A DNA stretch of 37,284 nt from a virus. Lineage: Duplodnaviria; Caudoviricetes. The DNA lies in IMG/VR virus record IMGVR_UViG_3300032232_000987, positions 1-37,284 of that record. One strand, given 5' to 3'. The notes under the pieces were generated by a model that saw nothing but the letters and a program-made list of their open reading frames with translations, did not search any database and was not told the DNA's origin. Both the position numbers and the translations under genes were made by a program. Positions 1-8,700 of this stretch are shown here, in pieces (the first letter of the stretch is position 1; each line of letters begins with the position of its first letter).

Positions 1-1
1 A

Positions 2-1840
2 TTCCAACTGTCTATTCAAAAAACACCAGCAGAAGGTGGTAGCGGGTTCTATTGGTACAACAACGGCGGAAATCAAATATTTGTATCAGCGGCATCTGGG
101 ATTCCTGCGCTAGGAAGATGGTCGCATATTGCTGTTGTTCGGTCTGGCACGACCGTTAGTCTGTACAACAACGGAGTCAGGGTAGGAACTACGACAAACA
201 GTTCATCGTTGGGAATGCCAAGCCCATATTTGGGAATGTTTACTGACGGGGTTAATTACCCAATGATCGGTCAAATTTCCAATTTCCGCGTAACCAACAC
301 GGCGGTTTATGATCCAACGGTTGCTTGGCTGACAATCCCAACATCGCCATTGACCGCAATCACTGGCACCCAACTGCTCACGTTCCAGAATGCCACAATT
401 GTAGACAACAGCACCAATGCTCTGACACTGACCAATAACGGTTCAGTCACGACTCAATTGGCAAATCCTTTTGGGGTTCAACTTTCAACCCCAGCAGTAG
501 ACTACCTTGTAGTTGCCGGTGGTGGTGGTTCGTCACAAGGTGGCGGTGGTGCAGGAGGATTACTTCAAGGATCTATACCAGTTACTACTGGTTCTGCTCT
601 CACGGTAACAGTTGGTGGCGGTGGTGCTGCTTATACACAAGGACAAAATTCAGTTTTTTCAAGCATTGCAGCCATTGGTGGCGGGGCAGCGGCTAGTGGT
701 ACAGGTGGCTCTGGTGGTGGCGGGAATAATGCAGCAGGACAACAAGGCACATTCAGTCAAGGCAATACTGGTGGAGCAGGTAGCGCAACAGCAAGTCCGT
801 ATGCCGGCGGAGGCGGAGGCGGTGCTGGAACAGTTGGATTAAACGCAACTTCAACAGTCGCAGGAAATGGCGGTGCAGGAATTGCGTCTGCTATTTCTGG
901 AACTATTACAACTTATGCCGGTGGAGGTGGCGGAGGTGGGCCGACTAATGGTACAGGCGGTGTAGGTGGGGGCGGAGCAGGTGATGCAACCGGCACAGCC
1001 AATACAGGCGGAGGAGGTGGCGGTGGATATGGTGGCGGTCCTAAAGCCGGCGGTTCCGGTATTGTCATCATAAGTTACCCAGACATCTACGCTGGCGCGG
1101 CATCAACCACTGGTAGCCCAACAGTCAGCACCAGCGGGTCTGGCAGTTTAACTGGAAATTCATTAACTGCATCTACTAGTTGGTTTAATTACGCAGGACA
1201 AAGCGCATTTTCGTTTGGAACTGGCGATTTTACTATTGAATTCTGGGCATATTTTACCAATACTTCTGTGCCAGCAAATTATTTAATTGATTTTAGGGGA
1301 TCAAGCGCGCCTACTGGATCTGTATTTGGTATTTATCAAAATAGTGCTGGTTTCTACTATTTCTCTAGTTCTGTTGGAGAATACAGTTTTATGGGAGTCC
1401 CAGCTCAAAATAGGTGGTACAGCGTTGCTGTTACAAGAGTTAGCAACACAGTACGATTATTTATCAATGGTGAATTAAAAAGCACTTTTGTAGATACATA
1501 CAGTTATTCAGTTGGAAATACTGGTCCTTCTATAATGGGTTCAACTTACTATAATAACTACGGGTTTAATGGTTACATATCTAATTATCGGATAATTAAA
1601 GGCACTGGTTTATATACAGCGTCTTATACACCCTCTACTGTGCCGTTAACGGTTGTATCAGGAACTTCACTGTTATTAAACACAGTTTCTGGTGCTTATT
1701 TAACAGATAGTTCCGTTAACGCTCATACTCCTAGTGTAACTAATACAATGGCATGGAATCAAACTAGCCCATTTGCAACCGGCTTAGGATACAAAAATCG
1801 TGTGTACACTTGGACCAGTTCTGGTTCTATAACCTTCTAA
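2..1840 (+). CDS. Tail fibre/adhesin with LamG (ConA-like) and glycine-rich domains; 5'-truncated by the window
   Basis: Frame +2 is open from base 2 (FQLSIQKTP...WSHIAVVRSGTTVSLYNNG), so the TTG at 209 is internal. LamG-like motifs (FTIEFW, WYSVAVTR...LFING, GYISNYRI) flank a VDYLVVAGGGG...GGSGIVIISYP block. Confidence 0.8.
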   Translation, partial: FQLSIQKTPAEGGSGFYWYNNGGNQIFVSAASGIPALGRWSHIAVVRSGTTVSLYNNGVRVGTTTNSSSLGMPSPYLGMFTDGVNYPMIGQISNFRVTNTAVYDPTVAWLTIPTSPLTAITGTQLLTFQNATIVDNSTNALTLTNNGSVTTQLANPFGVQLSTPAVDYLVVAGGGGSSQGGGGAGGLLQGSIPVTTGSALTVTVGGGGAAYTQGQNSVFSSIAAIGGGAAASGTGGSGGGGNNAAGQQGTFSQGNTGGAGSATASPYAGGGGGGAGTVGLNATSTVAGNGGAGIASAISGTITTYAGGGGGGGPTNGTGGVGGGGAGDATGTANTGGGGGGGYGGGPKAGGSGIVIISYPDIYAGAASTTGSPTVSTSGSGSLTGNSLTASTSWFNYAGQSAFSFGTGDFTIEFWAYFTNTSVPANYLIDFRGSSAPTGSVFGIYQNSAGFYYFSSSVGEYSFMGVPAQNRWYSVAVTRVSNTVRLFINGELKSTFVDTYSYSVGNTGPSIMGSTYYNNYGFNGYISNYRIIKGTGLYTASYTPSTVPLTVVSGTSLLLNTVSGAYLTDSSVNAHTPSVTNTMAWNQTSPFATGLGYKNRVYTWTSSGSITF

Positions 1841-1850
1841 GGATTATAAT

Positions 1851-2762
1851 ATGAGTCAATATTTAGGAGGTTTTTTAGCCACTAATTTTAATCCTATGCG
1901 GGATCAAAAAACCAGTACAGTTGAGTACCTAGTAGTTGCTGGTGGCGGTGGAGGCGGCGGAGCAGGTTGTGGCGGAGGTGGTGCTGGCGGCCTATTGACT
2001 GCAACCGGATACTCAGTCTCGCCCGGATCTAGTATCACAGTAACAGTTGGCGGCGGGGGAACTCCTGGAAACCAAGGATCTGGTGCTGGTCAAAGAGGAA
2101 ATAGTTCAGTATTTGGATCAATTACATCAACTGGTGGCGGCGGTGCCGCAAATGCTTTGTATGCAGGTTCAACTGGTGGATCAGGTGCCGGAGGAATGAA
2201 TAGTGGAAATCCCACTGGTTATGCTACAAATGGAACATCTGGACAAGGAAACAACGGCGGAACTTATGCCACAAGAGCGTCTGGTGGCGGTGGCGGTGCT
2301 GGAAGTGTAGGTCAAGATGGAACTCAAATAGACAGTACTTATAATTTGCGTTCCGGTAATGGTGGAACTGGAATAATTTCTACTATTACTGGATTAAAAG
2401 TATTTTATGCTGGTGGCGGTGGCGGTGGTGGAGATGTGTATTTGCGTGCAGATTCAGGAGGATACGGCGGTGCTGGAGGAGGTGGAAATGGTGGTGGCAT
2501 TGGCGGATCCGGAACTTACACTTCAAACACAAGCACGGTAAACGGAGATAATGGTGTAGCAAACACTGGTGGTGGTGGAGGTGGTGCAATTGGCAATGGT
2601 CCTATAGGTGGAGTTGCTGGAACAGGAGGCAGTGGTATAGTTATTATCCGTTATCCACAAAATTTAGCACCTCCTACAAGTACCACAGGTAATCCACAAA
2701 TTTTATATAATTCAGGTTATCAGATTTATGTCTGGACTAGTTCCGGCTCTATAACCTTTTAA
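1851..2762 (+). CDS. Glycine-rich virion/tail-fibre-associated protein
   Basis: VEYLVVAGGGG...GGSGIVIIRYP...WTSSGSITF cassette; paralog of neighbours; TAAGGA SD upstream. Confidence 0.75.
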   Translation: MSQYLGGFLATNFNPMRDQKTSTVEYLVVAGGGGGGGAGCGGGGAGGLLTATGYSVSPGSSITVTVGGGGTPGNQGSGAGQRGNSSVFGSITSTGGGGAANALYAGSTGGSGAGGMNSGNPTGYATNGTSGQGNNGGTYATRASGGGGGAGSVGQDGTQIDSTYNLRSGNGGTGIISTITGLKVFYAGGGGGGGDVYLRADSGGYGGAGGGGNGGGIGGSGTYTSNTSTVNGDNGVANTGGGGGGAIGNGPIGGVAGTGGSGIVIIRYPQNLAPPTSTTGNPQILYNSGYQIYVWTSSGSITF

Positions 2763-2772
2763 GGAGAATAAG

Positions 2773-3135
2773 ATGGCACATTTTGCAAAAGTTGAACATG
2801 GAATTGTTACACAAGTAATTGTAATTGATCAAGAAACACTAAATACAGGTAATTGGGGGGATCCTAAAGATTGGGTACAAACTAGTTATAATACACACGG
2901 TGGAGTTCATACACAAGGTGGTACACCATTACGTAAAAATTATGCGGGGATTGGTTTTATCTATGATATTATAAGAGATGCATTTATTCCGCCTAAACCT
3001 TATGCAAGTTGGATTTTAAATGAAGAAACTTGTTTGTGGTCAGCACCCACACCAATGCCAGCAGATGGTAAGTTGTACCAGTGGGACGAGCCTACTACTA
3101 GCTGGCAAGAAATCGTAATGCCTACACAGGAGTAA
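2773..3135 (+). CDS. Conserved phage protein accompanying Gly-rich fibre genes (possible assembly factor)
   Basis: Strong SD (AAGGAG); MAHFAKV...QTSYN...RKNYAGIG...DAFIPPKPY...W pattern recalled from aquatic phages; function is inferred only. Confidence 0.6.
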   Translation: MAHFAKVEHGIVTQVIVIDQETLNTGNWGDPKDWVQTSYNTHGGVHTQGGTPLRKNYAGIGFIYDIIRDAFIPPKPYASWILNEETCLWSAPTPMPADGKLYQWDEPTTSWQEIVMPTQE

Positions 3136-3138
3136 TCC

Positions 3139-4035
3139 ATGCCTCGATACAGTGGAATCTGGACCCTAAGCCAGGTCAACCAAGCAATTAAAAATTTAGA
3201 CTGGGAAGGTGTCGCGCCCACTGTAGTAGAGTATTTAGTAGTTGCTGGTGGCGGTGGTGGAGAAAATGATCAAGGAGGTGGCGGCGGAGCAGGTGGATTA
3301 CTCCAAGGCTATGTTGGTATTACCAGCGGTACTTCTTATACTATCACAGTTGGTGCTGGAGGTACCGCAACTAGTGGACAGGGAACTCCGGCAACTTCTG
3401 GTGGTAATTCTGTTTTTTCAACAATTACAGCAACCGGAGGCGGGCGGGGCGGAGATTGCGTATCAACTACACCAGCAATTGGTGGTTCTGGCGGTGGCGG
3501 TGGCGGTTATTATGCTATGGGTCAGCAAGCTGGCGCTAGTGGTATTACAGGACAAGGCAATAGTGGCGGAATCGGCCTTTCAAGTGGAAGTAATAATAAC
3601 AGACCTTCAGGTGGCGGAGGCGGGGCCGGAACTGTTGGTGCAAATGCAACTTCCGCTGCATCAGGAAATGGTGGTGCAGGAATTGCATCCGATATTACTG
3701 GAACTAGAACTGTTTATGCCGGTGGTGGTGGCGGTGGAATGGGGCAAGATGGCGGAAGTGTAGGTGCTGGTGGAATCGGTGGTGGTGGTGCTGGTGGAAA
3801 AGATCCGGGAAATGGAACGGCTGGTACTGCAAATACCGGAGGTGGCGGGGGCGGTTGCGGAAACGGTAGTCTTTATAATGGCGGTGCAGGCGGTAGTGGC
3901 ATTGTAGTCATTAGATACCCCGGTTTTATGCAATTTTTTACTGGCGGCACAGTTACTTATGTAGGTAATTATGTGATTCATACATTTACATCGTCTGGCA
4001 CATTAGCGCCAACGACTCCTACTAAATTATCATAA
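3139..4035 (+). CDS. Glycine-rich virion/tail-fibre-associated protein
   Basis: Third copy of the VEYLVVAGGGG...GGSGIVVIRYP...HTFTSSGTL cassette; AGGAG SD. Confidence 0.75.
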   Translation: MPRYSGIWTLSQVNQAIKNLDWEGVAPTVVEYLVVAGGGGGENDQGGGGGAGGLLQGYVGITSGTSYTITVGAGGTATSGQGTPATSGGNSVFSTITATGGGRGGDCVSTTPAIGGSGGGGGGYYAMGQQAGASGITGQGNSGGIGLSSGSNNNRPSGGGGGAGTVGANATSAASGNGGAGIASDITGTRTVYAGGGGGGMGQDGGSVGAGGIGGGGAGGKDPGNGTAGTANTGGGGGGCGNGSLYNGGAGGSGIVVIRYPGFMQFFTGGTVTYVGNYVIHTFTSSGTLAPTTPTKLS

Positions 4036-4053
4036 TCATCAAGTGGAGTTAAA

Positions 4054-5727
4054 ATGACTATTTCACGTAATTTATCTGCACTAGCTCAAAATGTAAGCAG
4101 TACAGGTACCCTAAGTCAGGCAAGTACTTTACCTAGTCAAACCAATAATGGCGGTAAGTATTTAACCACTAATGGCAGTGTAGCTACTTGGGCAGATACT
4201 CCCACGCCTACAACTACTACTTATACAGCAAATAGTATTAGTTTAACTAATGGTGTTTATATTAGTGGTAGCGTAGCCAGTATTCAAACCTATGGTGACT
4301 ATGGGGCTGGTAATTTTTATAATTTTACAGACGGTACTGGTAGCGGACCTGCCTGGATTTTAACTACTACATTTACTGGTGTAGCTAGTTTTAATCGAGC
4401 TGTATTAAATATTAGCTATACAGCTAATTCAGGTCATACAATCTATGTAGACTTATATAATTACAATTCTAGTAGTTGGGATTCTATTGGTAGTTATACT
4501 GGTTTAAGTGGATACTATCAATTTGCACTAGGGGTAATTTCTAGTACTCCGTATATTAGCAGTGGAACTGTACAACTTAGATTATATCATAATAATAGTG
4601 GCAATGCTGCACATGAAACTCGTGTAGACTATATTGCCTTGGAAAATTCCTTGCAAGGACCACAAGGTCAAAAAGGCAATACAGGTGCTACAGGTGCTAC
4701 AGGTGCAACCGGACCAGGCGTGCCCGCAGGTGGCACCTCAGGTCAAGTTCTTACAAAAACCAGTGCTACTGACTATGCCACTAGTTTTTCAACACTAAAC
4801 ACATCGTATCTTAGTGATATAGTAATTACCACCGCCGCCAACGGTCAAATCTTACAGTATGACAGTGCTACCAGCGCTTGGAAAAACGTTACCTCGCCGT
4901 ATGCTCCACTAACTAATCCTACCTTTACTGGCACAGTTAGTGGTATTACCAAATCAATGGTTGGTTTAGGCAATGTGGAAAATACTGCACTAAGTACTTG
5001 GACAGGTAGCACTAGTATTACTAGTTTGGGCACAGTTACAGTAGGCAGTGCACCTGCTAGTGATGTGTACAGTTGGGCTAAAGCCGCTACTAAACCTAGT
5101 TATACTGCTGGGGAAGTTGGCCTAGGCAATGTTACCAATGAAAGTAAAGCAACAATGTTTGCTAATCCTGCTTTTACTGGTACAGTTACTGGTGTTACTG
5201 CTGCAATGGTTGGCCTAGGTAATGTTACCAATGAAAGTAAGGCAACAATGTTTGCCAATTCCGCGCTTACAGGTACAACTACTATAGCTACAGCTACTAT
5301 TACTAATGCTACTGTATCTACAGCACCTAGTGCTAATACAGACGTGGTAAATAAAACTTACAGCGATAGTGGTACACAAACGCTAACTAATAAACGTATA
5401 CAGTCAAGAATTTTGGTTGCTACAAGTGCTACTACTTGGGCTGTAAATGCTGATAGTTATGATGCCACTGAAATGGCCATGACTGGTGCAGCTGGCACAC
5501 TATTAGTAAGTGCACCAACCGGAACACCAGTAAACGGTCAAAAATTGATCTATAAACTGCAAAGTACCTATGCACAAACCTTTAACTGGGCAAGTATATT
5601 TCAAGGTTCTACTGATCTAGCACTACCAACTACCAGTAGTGGAAACAGCAAGTGGGATTTTTACGGATTTATCTATAATTCCACTCCAGCAAAGTGGCAA
5701 CTAGTAGCAAAAGTAGCTGGATTTTAA
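4054..5727 (+). CDS. Tail fibre protein with collagen-like segment and VGLGNV repeats
   Basis: GPQGQKGNTGATGATGATGPG (about 4657-4719); three VGLGNV repeats; Thr/Ser-rich; GGAG SD. Confidence 0.75.
   Translation: MTISRNLSALAQNVSSTGTLSQASTLPSQTNNGGKYLTTNGSVATWADTPTPTTTTYTANSISLTNGVYISGSVASIQTYGDYGAGNFYNFTDGTGSGPAWILTTTFTGVASFNRAVLNISYTANSGHTIYVDLYNYNSSSWDSIGSYTGLSGYYQFALGVISSTPYISSGTVQLRLYHNNSGNAAHETRVDYIALENSLQGPQGQKGNTGATGATGATGPGVPAGGTSGQVLTKTSATDYATSFSTLNTSYLSDIVITTAANGQILQYDSATSAWKNVTSPYAPLTNPTFTGTVSGITKSMVGLGNVENTALSTWTGSTSITSLGTVTVGSAPASDVYSWAKAATKPSYTAGEVGLGNVTNESKATMFANPAFTGTVTGVTAAMVGLGNVTNESKATMFANSALTGTTTIATATITNATVSTAPSANTDVVNKTYSDSGTQTLTNKRIQSRILVATSATTWAVNADSYDATEMAMTGAAGTLLVSAPTGTPVNGQKLIYKLQSTYAQTFNWASIFQGSTDLALPTTSSGNSKWDFYGFIYNSTPAKWQLVAKVAGF
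5116..5259 (+). repeat. Two 51-nt direct repeats (5116-5166, 5209-5259) encoding VGLGNVTNESKATMFAN
   Basis: gttggcctagg(c/t)aatgttaccaatgaaagtaa(a/g)gcaacaatgtttgc(t/c)aat; 93-nt offset. Confidence 0.9.
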
Positions 5728-5739
5728 TGGGTACTAACA

Positions 5740-8700
5740 ATGGCAAATAAAACTTGGAATGGAAGTACTGGTACTTGGGCTACTGCAGCTAGTTGGAGTC
5801 CTGCTGGTGTTCCAGCCACTACTGATGATGTATTTATTAATGGTGGAAGCGTTACTGTAGCTGCTCAAACTTGTAGAAATTTAACTATTGGCGGCACTTG
5901 TACTATAGCCGGTACTAGTTTAACTGTTACTGGTCCTCTTACTATTAATAGCGGAACTTTTAATCTTAATACTACTGCTGCATTTGTTGTTCAGGGTAAT
6001 ATTACTAACTCAGGCGGCAGTTTTATACAGAATGGTGCAGGACAGCTTACTTTAAGTGGTACAACTAGTGTAGATGCAAATTTTGGCGACAATAATTTAA
6101 GGCAGATGACAGTTGTTAAAACAGGTTCAGGTGGCGTTACTTTTACTGGTTCGCAAGTTAACATACAAGGTACCAATAGTAACAGCTCTATTTTTACTTA
6201 TACCAGCGGCGCAATTATTCAAAACGTAGTTATTGTATGTGGCGGTATAGTTAATACTAGCGCAACAGCTAGAATTTGGGCAATGAACGCTGACCTTATT
6301 CTTAGTGCTGGTGGTAATGCAATTGGTTGCAGCATGAACAGTGCAGCTGCTTGCACTTTTAGTAGTAGATCCGGTACTGTACGAATCAGAAGTCTTACAA
6401 ATGGCGGTAATAATACCATAATTTTTCCTGCTCCTACGGTATCAACAACTGCTGCATCATCATATACACCCAATGTTAGTTTAGAGAGTAACACAAACTG
6501 GAGTATTAGTGGATCTGTTAATAATATAGCTATTGATGGGCAACACACGGGCACAGCAGGAACTCTAACTGTTTACGGAACAATTACTAGTAATAGTGGT
6601 GACAGGACTTGGACAACTTGTACACTTCTTATTTATAATGCTACTAACGGCGGTACAAGTACTATAAGTGCTGGTTATACTACTTTTCTTGCTGCTACTA
6701 TAGCTAATATAAGCGGCACCAATGCTACGTTTACAATAAATTCACTTAAAGCTGTAAATATAACCTGTAGCGGAACAACCTGTACTTATAATTTAGGTGT
6801 ACAAAATGATGATAATCAAATTGTAACACTGTCTACTAATGCTACACTAACATTAAGTGGTAATACTAGCACGTTTAATTTATATAACGTACGAAGCTAT
6901 AATACTACAATGAGTAGTAATGGTAGTTATAATGTATATAAATTAGAGCCCAACTATTATCTTGTTAATCCACCAACTGCAGGAACTACCACACATAGTG
7001 CTGGTACTTTAACTATTAAAAGTGGTTATACACTAACTACTTATGCATTTACTAGTAATAGTGGTACTCGTACTCTTAATTTTGAAGATAATAGTTATAT
7101 TACTACACTAAATACTGGTCCACTGCTTATTGGATACACAAGTCTTACTAGTTATTGTCCATATGATAACGCCGGATTTTTGCATCAAAGTACTGGTCAA
7201 TTTACATTTACAGGTACACCTAGTGGTTCCCAGACATATAATGTCTTTAACCTTTCACTTTATAAAGTAAATAATAGTACTGGTGCCACTACTGTTAGAA
7301 ATCTTACCATTAATGACGGTGCTGGTATGACTACCGTAGCTGCTGTAACTTTTTGTTATAAGTTTACAGGTGCTACTAATACTACAATAACTGGTTTAAA
7401 TTTAACTAGATCTACCACTATTGGTGCTGGTAGCTATGTTAACTATACTGGTGGTACTATAGGTACATTTACCAATAGTGAGACTTCAGGAGCTAATCAA
7501 TACATATATAATTTAACTGCTCAAACTATAACATTAGGTTGTACTAATGGTGCTTGGGTTTATATAGGTGGGGATGGTACCAATACTAATGGTACTGTTA
7601 AAATAAATACTACCAATACTGTTACTTTAGGTGGCGCCTGTACTTATTACATATATAATCTTAGAGCATACAATTTAACACTAAGTAATTCTGGTAGGTA
7701 TGATTGTTATTATTACGAGCATAATTATGCAACTAATCCGCCTACTGCCGGAACTGTTACACATACTGCTGGCACATTAGTTTTAAAAACTAGAACTGCT
7801 GGTTACACAATGACAACTTGGAGTTTTACTAGTACTACTGGTACTCGTGGTATTACTTTTGAAACAGATAGTTATATTAATACTGTTAATAACGGAACTT
7901 GCAGTTATCAATATGGTCCAGCACTTACTTGTAGCCGACCAGAAACAATGTGGTGTGGATTTATTCATGATGGTACCGGAGCATGGCAGGCTGACTTTGT
8001 TACCACAGCACCTACTGCTAGTCAATGTTTTAACTTTTACTGGTCGCAGATTATTGCCCTAGCTGGCACTGGCGTTTTTTACGCTAGAAATTTGGGAAAT
8101 CAAGGTTCACGATTAACAAGTCATGTTAACTATACTTTTGATCCAGGTTGGGGGCAGGGAAGTGGTGCTTTTACTAATACTAGTGCTAGAACCATATTTA
8201 TTGCTGGCGATGTAACTTTAACTGGCGGCGTATGGTACGATACTACTATTAGTGGTAGAACACAATGGTTACAGCTATATCTTACTTATTTTGCTACTGA
8301 TAGTAGAACGCAAAAAATAAGTACACTTGCAAACTGGTATAATGGTAGTAATAGTCTTAAAATTGGTACAATTACCTTAAATTCCAGTTTTACAGGTACT
8401 CTGCAATTAGGTTACGATAATTACGATGCTAATAAAGTTTTTTCTGATAGTGGTGATGGTGCTGCTATATTTAGCAATTTTGTACACAATAACGGAACTC
8501 TAGATGTAAGAGGCCGTCAAATGTACTTAGAAACAAGCTATAGTCACACGGATACAGTAAATCTTAAGTATATTATTAATTCAGCCGCTACTTACTCAGA
8601 TCCTAGTATTTACATTAATGCTACTACAGGTACTCCTTGGAGTATTGAATATACCAGTATACTTTATAGTAATTGGAAAATCTGGGTTAAAATTAGGGGT

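Noticed and set aside
3242-3763. Val-rich alternative-frame ORFs (also 612-842) and the His-rich antisense ORF 2386-2589
   Set aside because: By-products of GGT/GGC glycine codon runs.
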